Positions 1 to 10,500 of a DNA stretch of 64,000 bases are shown here, in pieces. The stretch is from Bacteroidales bacterium (lineage in GTDB: Bacteria > Bacteroidota > Bacteroidia > Bacteroidales > VadinHA17), in the NCBI GenBank assembly GCA_022865305.1, contig JALHSP010000040.1:24611-88610 (forward strand), read 5' to 3'. Position 1 is the first letter of the stretch. Every line of letters begins with the position of its first letter. A program made the position numbers and the translations under genes. A model generated the notes under the pieces. That model was not told the origin of the DNA, did no database searches, and saw nothing but the letters and a program-made list of their open reading frames with translations.

Positions 1-748
1 CATTGGATGATGCCTCCGATACCATTTTGGTGTTCACAAGTGCCCTGTTCTGATATCTTAAAAGCATAGTCTGAATTGGTATATAAATATTGTCGTTATA
101 GACATTCACACCTTTTTCCTCAAACCCTGTCAGGCTTACGGTAGTTTTCTGCAATACGCCGATTACTTTAAGCCATATGCCGTTGAATTTGATATATTGA
201 CCTATCGGATCAACTTTGCTGAAGAATTTTGCCCTTATATTGGCTCCTATGATACAAACCTGTATCCCGTTCTCCTCCTGGTAGTTATTGAAAAATGAAC
301 CTGATATCAATGGCAGGTTATACAGATAGAAATAATCATTTGATACTCCGACAAGTTTGGCTGTATATTTTACTCCGTTCAGCATCGCAGTTGAGTTGAA
401 AGAAATCTCGGGACTTATTCTCTTTACTGAAGGAAGAGTTTCCCGGATTGCGTCAACGTCAAGCATATTGAGCCCTCTTGAGAACTTTTTTTGTTCCTTT
501 TCACCCTCATCAGAAGAAGAGGATTTATCAGGTACAATAGGATTGATCAGGATATTGTTGACTCCGACCATTTTCATTTGCTCCATAATCTCCTGTTTGG
601 CACCTTTTCCTATAGCAAGCATTGCTATAACTGCTGCAACTCCGAAAATAATCCCAAGAGCAGTAAGCATTGATTTCAGCTTATTTGAAATTATCGATTC
701 AACAGCAATTTCAATGTCGTGGAAATATCTGAAAATAAACTTGAACAT
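1..748 (-). CDS. ABC transporter permease, MacB/FtsX family (partial; gene continues beyond window start)
   Basis: Absent from the ORF track because it is open at the window edge. My translation from the ATG at 748-746 reads MFKFIFRYFHDIEIAVESIISNKLKSMLTALGIIFGVAAVIAMLAIGKGAKQEIMEQMKMVGVNNILINP... This is the typical MacB-type N-terminal TM helix followed by a periplasmic domain. It starts 19 nt after the stop of the HlyD-type adaptor gene. The + strand ORFs 357-764 and 491-673 are its antisense shadow. Confidence 0.8.
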   Translation of the reverse strand, partial: MFKFIFRYFHDIEIAVESIISNKLKSMLTALGIIFGVAAVIAMLAIGKGAKQEIMEQMKMVGVNNILINPIVPDKSSSSDEGEKEQKKFSRGLNMLDVDAIRETLPSVKRISPEISFNSTAMLNGVKYTAKLVGVSNDYFYLYNLPLISGSFFNNYQEENGIQVCIIGANIRAKFFSKVDPIGQYIKFNGIWLKVIGVLQKTTVSLTGFEEKGVNVYNDNIYIPIQTMLLRYQNRALVNTKMVSEASSN

Positions 749-767
749 ATTATTTCCTGTTTAATAA

Positions 768-2387
768 TTACCTGTTAACTGTTGTTTGTTGTGTTTGCCG
801 GGTCTGATTCATGTTCTGTTGTGTTCCCTGCTGAGTACCGGTCTGATTAAAGTTACGGCGCCGTGCAGAAGTATCCCTTACACCTCCCGGTTGTCCCTGC
901 TGATTGTTGCGCATCTGCATAAACCTGCGCATTGCGGCAGTATCCCTGGTTCTTCCCTGTCCTCCCTGACCACCTGGCATATTTCCTCTCATATTCTGAA
1001 ATTGCTGCATCATTTCAGGAGTCATTTCCATCATTCCTGGCATTCCTCCCCTGTTTTCAAAGGATCTTGCAGCTTCCTCCTTGGCTCTGCGTTCTTCCTC
1101 CTTTTTTGCTTTTTCCTTCTCTTTTATAACGGTAATTAATTCTTCACCAAGTAGTTTGTTGAATTTGTCAGGTTCTTCAGGCGTACTGAGATACATTAAT
1201 GTACCGGGCTCAAGACCCTGTTCTACAACAACATTGTTTTCATTCGATTCTCCAAGAACAACAACCTGCTTGTCACCATTCTTAAAATATACAAAAGTAA
1301 TACTGTCCGCTCTTGTCTGGACACATTCCAGGGGGATATAGGTAACATCATTGATCGTCTTGGTAATGACCTGGTTACCTGTTGTCATTGAGGGTCTCAG
1401 GATAGGATCTGATCCGTCAACCTTGATGACCACTTCAAACACTTTCGCATCCGCATTGGGAAGCTGTTCACCTATATTTGCTACACTCGTGACTGTACCT
1501 GAATATTTTTTCTCAGGGAATGCATCAACAAGTATATCAACTTTCTGCCCTGTTTTTACCTTGCTGACATCAATTTCGTTCACATAGGTTTTTGAGATCA
1601 TGGTTGACAGGTCAGGCAAAGTAGCAACAACATTATCCCATGGGCTGATTGAAGAGCCGACTTTTCTTTTTGAACCGGATCTGTCCCTTTTATAAATAAC
1701 CATTCCTGATGAGGGTGCTGAGATAATGAATTTGGAAAGGACATCCTGCAGATCCTTAACCCTCTGACGTTGCTCGGCGAGGTTATTCTTAATCGTCTTC
1801 ATATCGGATTTTGCCTGTTCCACCCGGAGAGTATAGCTCTTAAGAGACTGGTCAAGCGAGCGCTGAGCTTTATCCACAGCTATCTCAGCTTGTCGTATTG
1901 TTGTCGGAGGTTCGTACTTCGATTGCTGAAGCGTAATTTCTGCTTCTTCCTTGGTAAACCGGAGATTCTTGATATTATCTCTTAAATTACTGAGCGTAAC
2001 AGCTGTATCAAGAATTTTAACTTCTAAGTTGGTCTCATATGTAGTCAGTCTTTCGAGCTCATCCTTGAGGCTGTTGTCAAAGGATGTTCTGTCAAGCGTT
2101 GCAACATAATCACCTGCTTTAACCTCGGTTCCTTCAGCTACCAGGTCAGTAATTTTGATATCCATTGCCCTGATATTCCTGCTCTGGGTAAATTCGGGAC
2201 CTTTTATATCGGTGGAGTTTTCAGCCTGAAGTTCACCTGTTGTTGTCACAACAATATCAAACTGGCCTTTTTTTGCCTCAACATAAAGATTGGCAATATC
2301 TTTCTTTGCGCCTACCCTGTTGACTACAATCAGGACTATGATTGCAATAACTGCCACAATAGCTGTAATAATAATAGTTCTTTTCAT
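768..2387 (-). CDS. HlyD/MacA-family efflux periplasmic adaptor subunit with a long low-complexity C-terminal tail
   Basis: 539 aa with an N-terminal TM anchor (IIITAIVAVIAIIVLIV), a barrel-sandwich/coiled-coil region and a beta-barrel domain typical of membrane-fusion proteins. It sits directly upstream of the MacB-like permease. The last ~120 aa are K/E-rich and then M/Q/G/N-rich. Confidence 0.85.
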   Translation of the reverse strand: MKRTIIITAIVAVIAIIVLIVVNRVGAKKDIANLYVEAKKGQFDIVVTTTGELQAENSTDIKGPEFTQSRNIRAMDIKITDLVAEGTEVKAGDYVATLDRTSFDNSLKDELERLTTYETNLEVKILDTAVTLSNLRDNIKNLRFTKEEAEITLQQSKYEPPTTIRQAEIAVDKAQRSLDQSLKSYTLRVEQAKSDMKTIKNNLAEQRQRVKDLQDVLSKFIISAPSSGMVIYKRDRSGSKRKVGSSISPWDNVVATLPDLSTMISKTYVNEIDVSKVKTGQKVDILVDAFPEKKYSGTVTSVANIGEQLPNADAKVFEVVIKVDGSDPILRPSMTTGNQVITKTINDVTYIPLECVQTRADSITFVYFKNGDKQVVVLGESNENNVVVEQGLEPGTLMYLSTPEEPDKFNKLLGEELITVIKEKEKAKKEEERRAKEEAARSFENRGGMPGMMEMTPEMMQQFQNMRGNMPGGQGGQGRTRDTAAMRRFMQMRNNQQGQPGGVRDTSARRRNFNQTGTQQGTQQNMNQTRQTQQTTVNR

Positions 2388-2424
2388 CTTAATTAACTTA
2401 TTGATATTTTCAAAAAATCAGCCA

Positions 2425-2432
2425 CAAAAGTA
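2425..2432 (-). promoter_or_regulatory. Bacteroidota-type -7 promoter box (TAnnTTTG) upstream of the adaptor/permease genes
   Basis: Exact TACTTTTG on the minus strand, 37 nt upstream of the ATG at 2387. Confidence 0.45.
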
Positions 2433-2558
2433 TTAAAAAGGAAATTTCTCCTTACCTGCATTAACAATATTTAACATCAGAGGTTTGCTTGTCTTTATGT
2501 TTTAAAGACACTTCATTAGTTTGTTTTATTCCTGAGCATGAAAAAATTTGAAATATTT

Positions 2559-3938
2559 TTAGGTTTTTTTAACAATTGAAATGACACTATTTGCCAGATC
2601 TTCAGCTTCCAGAACTGATCTCCCCTCGGCATAGATACGAATAACCGGTTCTGTATTTGATTTACGTATCTGAACCCATCCTTCCGGAAAATCAATTCTC
2701 ATTCCATCCCTTTCATCAATTTCCCTGTCAGAAAATTTATTCCTGATTGTATTCAATATATCGTCAAAATTAATTTCCGGCAAAAGTGTAAGCTTTTTCT
2801 TTGCGATTATATAATCGGGGTAAAGCCTGCGCAGGGAAGAGCATTTCATCCTGCTCTTTGCAAGATGGGTCAGGAACAAAGCAATACCAGCAAGTGCATC
2901 ACGACCATAATGAAGCTCGGGATAAATAACTCCGCCATTGCCTTCGCCTCCTATAACAGCTTTTCTCTTTTTCATTTCCTCAACCACATTGACCTCCCCC
3001 ACGGCTGCAGAAAAATATTTACATCCGTATTTTTCAGTAACATCCTTTAAAGCCATTGTTGAAGATAAATTTGAAACCGTATTGCCGGGTGTGTGCCTCA
3101 GAATATAATCTGAAACCGAAACAAGTGTATATTCTTCACCAAACATTGTTCCGTCTTCACAAACTATTGCCAGACGGTCCACGTCGGGATCTACAACAAA
3201 TGCCAAATCAGCTCTCTCTTTTACCACATAGTCAGAGATATCTTTAAGATTTCCTGGAAGAGGTTCAGGATTATGAGCAAAATTTCCGTCAGTAGATGAA
3301 TTGATAGCAACCACCTTTTTTACACCCAGGGAGTTCAATAAACCAGGTACTATTAAGTTTCCTACCGAATTAATACAATCTATTGCGACTGTAAATCCGG
3401 CAGCTTTAATCTCACCTGCATTTACTAGATTCAGGTTAAGTATTTGATTAATATGCTTTTGACCCCATGAATTATCAGCCGAAACTGAACCTGTCCGATC
3501 AAGCGTAACAAAGTTAAAATCTTCTGATGCCGCTAACGCCAGAATCTCCTGTCCATCATCCGATGAAAGAAATTCACCATTTTCATTCAGCAGCTTAAGA
3601 GCATTCCATTCAGCCGGATTATGACTTGCTGTAATTATTATTCCGCCTTGCGCCACTGTACCTGTAACCGCCAGCTCCACAGTAGGTGTTGTTGCCAGCC
3701 CGAGATCCGTAATGTTTATCCCAAGATTGCGCAAAGTATTAATAACCATAACACTAACCATTGTACCCGATTTCCGTGCATCACGCCCAACCACAACAGT
3801 TACTGCTGTCTTATGCCTCCTTATTACCCAGGTTCCGAATGCTGCAGAAAATTTTACTATATCGATCGGGGAAAGACTTTCACCTGGTCTGCCTCCAATC
3901 GTTCCTCTGATACCGGATATTGATTTTATTAATGCCAT
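2559..3938 (-). CDS. glmM: phosphoglucosamine mutase
   Basis: Alpha-D-phosphohexomutase fold with the active-site TASHNP motif. Start moved to the internal ATG at 3938 (MALIKSISGIRGTIGG..., the conserved N-terminus of this family). The 26-codon upstream extension in the track has no family counterpart. Confidence 0.85.
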   Translation of the reverse strand: MALIKSISGIRGTIGGRPGESLSPIDIVKFSAAFGTWVIRRHKTAVTVVVGRDARKSGTMVSVMVINTLRNLGINITDLGLATTPTVELAVTGTVAQGGIIITASHNPAEWNALKLLNENGEFLSSDDGQEILALAASEDFNFVTLDRTGSVSADNSWGQKHINQILNLNLVNAGEIKAAGFTVAIDCINSVGNLIVPGLLNSLGVKKVVAINSSTDGNFAHNPEPLPGNLKDISDYVVKERADLAFVVDPDVDRLAIVCEDGTMFGEEYTLVSVSDYILRHTPGNTVSNLSSTMALKDVTEKYGCKYFSAAVGEVNVVEEMKKRKAVIGGEGNGGVIYPELHYGRDALAGIALFLTHLAKSRMKCSSLRRLYPDYIIAKKKLTLLPEINFDDILNTIRNKFSDREIDERDGMRIDFPEGWVQIRKSNTEPVIRIYAEGRSVLEAEDLANSVISIVKKT

Positions 3939-4005
3939 ACAGATCTTTTTTTCAGATCCACAAAGGTGCAAAAAATCCATTAAACCATAAATTGCCAAAT
4001 AATTA

Positions 4006-4013
4006 TACCTTTG
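4006..4013 (+). promoter_or_regulatory. Bacteroidota-type -7 promoter box upstream of rluB-era-der
   Basis: Exact TACCTTTG, 20 nt upstream of the ATG at 4034. Confidence 0.45.
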
Positions 4014-4033
4014 CAACCTGATAATTAGATGAT

Positions 4034-4777
4034 ATGGAAAAGCATAAACCTGTTGGCAGAAATGAAGTTATAAGGCTTAACAGGTTTATTGCCAACAGTG
4101 GCCTCTGCTCGAGGAGAGATGCGGATGAGATGATCCGCAAGGGATTAATTTCGGTTAATGGCAGGCAGGTAACTGACCTTGGAGTAAAGGTTACATATAA
4201 TGATGATGTCAGGTACAAGGGTAAGATACTTTCTGCTGAGAAGAAAGTATATATACTTATGAACAAGCCCAAAGGTTATGTGACAACTGTTGAGGATCCA
4301 CATGCCGAGCATACGGTTCTTGAACTTATCGGTGATACCTGTCCTGAAAGAGTTTATCCTGTCGGCAGACTTGATAAGGCTACAACCGGAGTTCTTCTCC
4401 TTACCAATGACGGGGACCTTACCGGAAAGCTTACTCATCCTAAATATAAAAGGAAAAAAATCTATCATGTTTTCCTCGATAATCCCGTAATGAATAATGA
4501 TCTTACCAGGCTGACCGAAGGTATTGATATTGACGGTGAAACTGTTGTTGCAGATGCTGTATCATATGCTGATCCTTCAGATAAAACCCAGATTGGAATT
4601 GAACTTCATTCCGGACAAAACAGGGTCATCAGGAGGATGTTTGAATCGCTTGGCTACAAGGTAAAAAAGCTTGACAGGGTATATTTTGCAGGACTTACCA
4701 AAAAGAATCTGCAACGCGGAAAGTGGAGATTCCTGACTGAAAAGGAGATTAATATGCTTAAACGTGGGATTTTTTAA
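4034..4777 (+). CDS. rluB: pseudouridine synthase, RsuA/RluB family (S4 domain plus catalytic domain)
   Basis: N-terminal S4 RNA-binding motif (IRLNRFIANSGLCSRRDADEMIRKGLISVNG) and the catalytic-Asp motif VYPVGRLDKATTGVLLLTNDG. Confidence 0.85.
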   Translation: MEKHKPVGRNEVIRLNRFIANSGLCSRRDADEMIRKGLISVNGRQVTDLGVKVTYNDDVRYKGKILSAEKKVYILMNKPKGYVTTVEDPHAEHTVLELIGDTCPERVYPVGRLDKATTGVLLLTNDGDLTGKLTHPKYKRKKIYHVFLDNPVMNNDLTRLTEGIDIDGETVVADAVSYADPSDKTQIGIELHSGQNRVIRRMFESLGYKVKKLDRVYFAGLTKKNLQRGKWRFLTEKEINMLKRGIF

Positions 4778-4786
4778 TTATTTAAG

Positions 4787-5665
4787 ATGAATCACAGGTC
4801 CGGTTTTGTCAATATCCTGGGAAATCCTAATGTCGGAAAATCGACTATCATGAATGCGCTTGTTGGTGAAAAGCTGTCAATCATCACTTCCAAAGCACAG
4901 ACAACACGTCATCGTATTATGGGGATTGTTAATGGTGATGATTTCCAGATAGTATATTCTGACACACCCGGGATACTGAAGCCAAATTACAAGCTTCAGG
5001 AGGCAATGATGAGTTTTGTGAATGTCGCTCTTACTGATGCAGATGTTATACTTTACGTTACCGATGTAACAGAAAAGCCCGGTATTGAAGAAGTGTATAC
5101 CAAAAGAATCAGAGGATCTGGTATTCCTGTAATAGTGGCTGTAAACAAAATTGACCTTACCAACCAGGCTGATCTCGAAAAGATAGTTGAGTTATGGCAT
5201 CATTTTTTCCCGGATTCATCAATTATTCCAGTCTCTGCTCTCAATAAATTCAATATGGAGGCATTGCTTAAGGGAATATTGGACATCCTGCCGGAAGGTC
5301 AGCCGTTTTTCCCTAAAGACCAGCTTACCGATAAATATGAACGTTTTTTTGCTTCTGAAATCTTACGTGAAAAAATTCTGGTAAATTATTATAAAGAAGT
5401 ACCATATTCTGTTGAGACAGAGATTGAAAGCTTTATGGAAGAAGGAGGATTGATAAAAATAAGGGCTCTTATTTATGTGGCACGCGACAGCCAGAAAGGT
5501 ATTATCATAGGACATAAAGGGGCTATGTTGAAGAAAGTTGGAACTGAGGCAAGGCATGATATGGAGGATTTTTTCGGACGCAGGGTATTCCTTGAATTAT
5601 ATGTAAAAGTGTCTAAAGACTGGAGAGATAAACCGATGATGCTTAAAAGATTCGGTTACCGTTAA
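4787..5665 (+). CDS. era: GTPase Era
   Basis: 292 aa. G1 motif GNPNVGKST, G3 motif DTPG, NKID, and a C-terminal KH domain. Starts 9 nt after rluB. Confidence 0.95.
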   Translation: MNHRSGFVNILGNPNVGKSTIMNALVGEKLSIITSKAQTTRHRIMGIVNGDDFQIVYSDTPGILKPNYKLQEAMMSFVNVALTDADVILYVTDVTEKPGIEEVYTKRIRGSGIPVIVAVNKIDLTNQADLEKIVELWHHFFPDSSIIPVSALNKFNMEALLKGILDILPEGQPFFPKDQLTDKYERFFASEILREKILVNYYKEVPYSVETEIESFMEEGGLIKIRALIYVARDSQKGIIIGHKGAMLKKVGTEARHDMEDFFGRRVFLELYVKVSKDWRDKPMMLKRFGYR

Positions 5666-5683
5666 AACTGATAACGACTGTTT

Positions 5684-6988
5684 ATGAGCAGAATTGTTGC
5701 AATAGTAGGCAGACCTAACGTTGGTAAATCAACTCTTTTCAACAGGCTCACAGGTTCAAGGGAAGCTATTGTTGATAAGTTGAGCGGAGTAACCCGTGAT
5801 CGTAACTATGGTAAATGCAACTGGAACGGGATCGATTTTTCTGTTATTGACACAGGTGGATATGTACAAAACTCTGATGATATTTTTGAAGAAGAGATAA
5901 ATAAGCAGGTTTTACTTGCCGTTGAAGAGGCAGATTTGATATTATTTATGGTCGATGTAACCTGTGGCATACACGAACTAGATGCATCAGTAGCTTCTCT
6001 CTTAAGAAAGATTAACAAGAAGTTCGTGCTTGTAGTGAATAAAGTCGATAACGGGGAAAGGCTTCTGGAAGCAAATGAATTTTATAGCCTTGGCCTCGGT
6101 AATTTTTTTCCTGTAAGCTCTATAAACGGCAGCGGGACGGGGGAATTGCTTGATGCAGTTGTTAAGAACCTGCCTCAGCAGGCTCCGGAACTTATACCTG
6201 ACCTGCCACGTATTGCAGTCGTGGGACGACCAAATGCCGGTAAATCATCGCTCATAAACTCTTTTCTGGGTGAAGAAAGAAATATAGTTACCCCGCTTCC
6301 CGGAACAACACGTGATTCTATATACACAAGGTATAATAAATACCACCATGATTTTCTTCTGGTCGACACAGCAGGTTTGAGGAAAAAGGCAAAAGTAAAC
6401 GAAGACATCGAGTTTTATGCAGTAATGAGAGCTATCAGAGCAATCGAGAATTCAAATATCTGCCTCCTGCTTATTGATGGTACAAGGGGTATTGAAGCGC
6501 AGGACCTGAATATAATGTCGCTTATTCTCAGGAATTATAAAGGAATGATAGTGCTTGTGAATAAATGGGATCTAGTTGAAAAAGAATCAAACACAACAAA
6601 GCAATTAGAAAAAGAAATAAAAAGCAAAACAGCTCCTTTTACTGACTATCCGGTCCTGTTTATTTCAGCTATAAACAAACAGAGAATTCATAAAGTACTT
6701 GACCTGATTGAAAATGTCAACCAGAACAGGAAAAGGAAGATAGCAACCTCCGTGTTGAATGAATTTATGCTGAGTATTATTAAAAAAAACCCCCCTCCAT
6801 CATTAAAAGGCAAATACGTTAAGGTAAAATATGTTACCCAGCTGCCAACAAATACCCCCTCATTTGCGTTTTTCTGTAACCTTCCGCAATACGTGAAAGA
6901 ACCCTATAAGAGGTACCTGGAGAACAGGATAAGGGAGCGTTTTGAGTTTACAGGAGTTCCGATCAGGATATTTTTCAGAAAAAAATAA
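5684..6988 (+). CDS. der: ribosome biogenesis GTPase Der (EngA)
   Basis: 434 aa with two tandem GTPase domains (GRPNVGKST ... [17 protein letters not shown]) plus a KH-like C-terminus. Confidence 0.95.
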   Translation: MSRIVAIVGRPNVGKSTLFNRLTGSREAIVDKLSGVTRDRNYGKCNWNGIDFSVIDTGGYVQNSDDIFEEEINKQVLLAVEEADLILFMVDVTCGIHELDASVASLLRKINKKFVLVVNKVDNGERLLEANEFYSLGLGNFFPVSSINGSGTGELLDAVVKNLPQQAPELIPDLPRIAVVGRPNAGKSSLINSFLGEERNIVTPLPGTTRDSIYTRYNKYHHDFLLVDTAGLRKKAKVNEDIEFYAVMRAIRAIENSNICLLLIDGTRGIEAQDLNIMSLILRNYKGMIVLVNKWDLVEKESNTTKQLEKEIKSKTAPFTDYPVLFISAINKQRIHKVLDLIENVNQNRKRKIATSVLNEFMLSIIKKNPPPSLKGKYVKVKYVTQLPTNTPSFAFFCNLPQYVKEPYKRYLENRIRERFEFTGVPIRIFFRKK

Positions 6989-7038
6989 CCAAATTTGGTG
7001 TGATTTTTGTGCAAAAAAGATTTAATACAAGATAGCCG

Positions 7039-7566
7039 ATGAGAATTATAAAATGCCTGTCCATAGTAATTCTGATATCCCTTGCTTTCGGATCGTGTCG
7101 TAAAATTCAGCAGTTACCTGCAATCCCGCGAATTGAATTCACAAGTTTTGCAGTTTTCGACACTACTGATATACTCGGCAATGACTGTAAGGGAGGCAGG
7201 CTCAACTTCTATTTCGAGGATGGTGACGGGAACCTTGGATTGCATTCACCGGAGTCAGGTGAAACTGATACTACAAATTTGTTTTTAACGCTTTTCAGGG
7301 AAACAGGAGGAATCATGGTTCAGGTTCCGGATAATGACCCAATAAAACCATCCGCTTACAGGATACCATACATGGATAGAACAGGTCAGAATAAAATCCT
7401 TAAAGGGACTATCTCAATAACGTTCATTTACTGGTTCTATGAACCAATTGATTCAGGAATATTCAGATACGACTTTTTTATTAAAGACAGAGCCGGCAAC
7501 ATCAGCAATACTGCTTCAACAAGTGAAATTGCTCTTTCTGTGAATGATCTGTATAAAAATAAGTGA
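7039..7566 (+). CDS. hypothetical lipoprotein
   Basis: 175 aa with a signal peptide and lipobox-like LAFGSC. I recognise no family. It is convergent with the next gene, with only 5 nt between the stops. Confidence 0.6.
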   Translation: MRIIKCLSIVILISLAFGSCRKIQQLPAIPRIEFTSFAVFDTTDILGNDCKGGRLNFYFEDGDGNLGLHSPESGETDTTNLFLTLFRETGGIMVQVPDNDPIKPSAYRIPYMDRTGQNKILKGTISITFIYWFYEPIDSGIFRYDFFIKDRAGNISNTASTSEIALSVNDLYKNK

Positions 7567-7571
7567 CAGGA

Positions 7572-10500
7572 TCAGATTTTAATTCCCATCATCAGTACAT
7601 CGTCTACCTGCTCGGATATTCCTTTCCAGTCATCAAAGTATTTTAAAATTTTTTCTTTTTGTTCGTCCATCGGGAGTTTCACGACCGCTTCAATTAAAGT
7701 TCTTAATCGTACAATTTTCATCTTTTTCCCATAGGGACCTCCGAACTGATCCGGCAGTCCGTCTGAAAACATATAGATTGTATCACCTTCATTAAGATAA
7801 TACTCCTGGTCATCAAAGAATTTTTCAATGACGGATTCACCTCCAACCGACGATCTGTTACCTTTAATATAAAATGACTCTCCGCCAATAACAACAATTA
7901 CCGGGCGCATTGCCGAAGCAAACCTGATATGACGTGTTTTAATGCTTATCTCACAAACTACCATGTCCATCCCGTCATTAGAAACTCCCAGTTCAATATT
8001 CTGATTAAGTGTTGAGAAAATCTGCTTGTTAAGAATTGTAAGTATTTCGGAAGGTTTTGTTATGTGCTGACGTGAAACAACATCCTGCAATAAGGTAGAT
8101 CCTATCATCGACATGAATGCACCCGGAACACCATGACCTGTAGAATCAGCACACACAAGAATGAATTTATCATCCCCGAGCTTGTCAAACCAGTAGAAAT
8201 CACCACTTACTATATCGCGTGGACGAAAAAAGATAAATGCATCCTTAAATGATTCCTTCAGTCTGTTAATATCAGGAAGTATGCTGGTCTGAATTCTCTT
8301 GGCATAGTTTATACTATCCGTTATTTCAATATTCTGTAATTCCAGCTCGGCTTTCTGTTTCATTACAACCCTCGTTCTGGCTTCCAGTTCTTGTTCCAGA
8401 TAAGCCTGTATTTTTTTCTGAGCTTTTTCCCTTTCACGTACGATAAGGACAATAATACCTGCAATAAAACATGCGAGGGATATTATGAACCACCACGTTC
8501 TCCATAAAGGTTTCTTAATATGCAACTCAAAGGAAACCGGCGTATCCTGCGAAAAACCTTCCTCATTAACAGATATCATATTGAATTTATAACGCCCATC
8601 CCTTGGTGAATAGGGGATCTCCCTGTCTGTTGTCAGCTTAGACCAGTCAGTATCCCAGTTATCAAGTTTGGTAATGTAGAATACCTTTCCCGGATCACTG
8701 AAGTTAATACCTACATAATTGACGACTATTTTATAGCTTTTCCTGTATGGCAGGTTATATGATGCCTGATAGGGATAGCGGGTATTATTTATAGTTATAT
8801 AGTTTATGTTATTAAAAGGCGGAACCATGTCCTTTTGTTCTTTGCTTCTGTCGAATACAATAATCCCTTCGGTTGTTCCGATAAGTATTTTACCATCATC
8901 CGATTCATACATTCCATCAGGATTACAGGCACCTCCACTGGCAAAATCAGTCCCTAAAACTTTAACTATTCCAGTCTCCTGGTTATATATTGAAAATCCT
9001 CGTTCATGCCCTATCCATATTTTGTTCCGGGAATCAGCCAGGATACTGTAACAATAATCCGACATCAACTGATCGGCTCTTGAAAGCGATTTAACAGAAT
9101 CATTATAACATTTAAAGATGCCATTTCCGGATGTGGCTGCCCAGAAGACACCATCCTTATCCTGGGTAAAGGAAAGTATCTTATTCATAGTAGCCCCATA
9201 CATAATTGCATTTGCCGACGAGATACCGGAATCAGGATCGATCAGAAATAATTTGTCAGCCGTGGTTGCAATGGCAGCTTTCCCTTCACCAGTCAGGAAG
9301 ATCTGATTAATACTATTGTGTGGCAGTCCATTATTTATATTAAATGTGTCTTTGGGATTCCCCCTTTTGCGATCAAGAATGATTACACCATTCAGGGTCC
9401 CAAGCCAGATGTTCTTACCATCAACTTCAACATCCGATACATAATTTTGTCCGGAGTCCTCGGAGCGGAAAAACTGGCTCACTCCGCCGGAATTGTTTCT
9501 TACAAACAGGCCACCCCCGTTAGTCCCTATCCAGATATTTCGTTCATTATCCAGGCAGTAGGAAATTATTTCATTTTTACCGGTTTTTTGTCTGAGATCA
9601 GTGAAAGATCTGGCATTATAGTTTCCCAGGTCAAAGAGGTAAAATCCCGAAGGGGTTCCCAGAAAATAATCCTGGTTTATTTTATTGATATAAATAATGT
9701 TTTTTGTTTCAGGTGTCGATCCCGGAGAATAAAAACTGAAAGCAACTGAATTAAGCAGTGATAGGCCATTACCATATAATCCTATCCAGTAGTCACTTTC
9801 AATATCCTGAAAAACCAGTTTTATGTCGTTACCGGGAAGTCCTGAATTTTTATCAAAAAATCGGATTGATTCAATAGTCTCATCTTTTTCATTGAGCCGC
9901 AACTGAAGGATTCCTGATCCGAAGGTTGAAATCCACAAATTATTTTCCGAATCCTCTGTAATGGATTGTATCCTGAGAGGTTCAAGCTGGGGATAATTTC
10001 TGAACCGGGCTAATAAGTTACCATCCGGTGTTATTCTTAAATGAAATAATCCGTTTCCATCTGTTCCGATCAGATAACTGTCTTTATCTTTCAGCTTTTG
10101 AATAGCCAGAATATTTGAATAGTCAAAGCCCTCAATAGTATTAATGGAGATTATTGAATCATTGTCCAGTCTGCATATATGAACATTCTCCTGGGTACCA
10201 AAAAGAATATTACCTGCTTCTGTAAAACAAGCCGAGAAGAGAACAAGATTCTGGTCTATGGAGTATGTTTGGACTTCATTGGTTCTGATAGGATTAATAC
10301 TGAAAATATTATTCCCCTGGGGAATGACATAAATGAATCCATCGGGGCCTTCAAGAAGATCGGTTATGCTTCTTGTATTGGACAAGGAAAGAGTTTTCAG
10401 ATTGCCCTCTTCAGTATAGTAAACAGAGCCATCATTACATCCATACCAGATTGTACCGTTTTTATCTTTAAGACTTACTGTGGGATAACGTCCTGCAGCT

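Noticed and set aside
357-764. 135-aa + strand ORF (and nested 491-673) at the window start
   Set aside because: It lies entirely antisense to a well-supported MacB/FtsX permease reading frame and has low-complexity, family-less sequence. It is an antisense shadow ORF.
2491-2509. Hairpin GTCTTTA-N5-TAAAGAC downstream of glmM as a terminator
   Set aside because: The stem is AT-rich and 7 bp, and it lacks a following U-tract on the minus strand. It is too weak to call.
6782-6795. Homopolymer tracts (A8C6 in der, and T10 at 52117-52126 in rsmH) as slipped-strand phase-variation sites
   Set aside because: Both lie in frame within essential, fully conserved housekeeping genes and encode sensible residues (KKNPPP and EKKN). 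There is no evidence of frame disruption.
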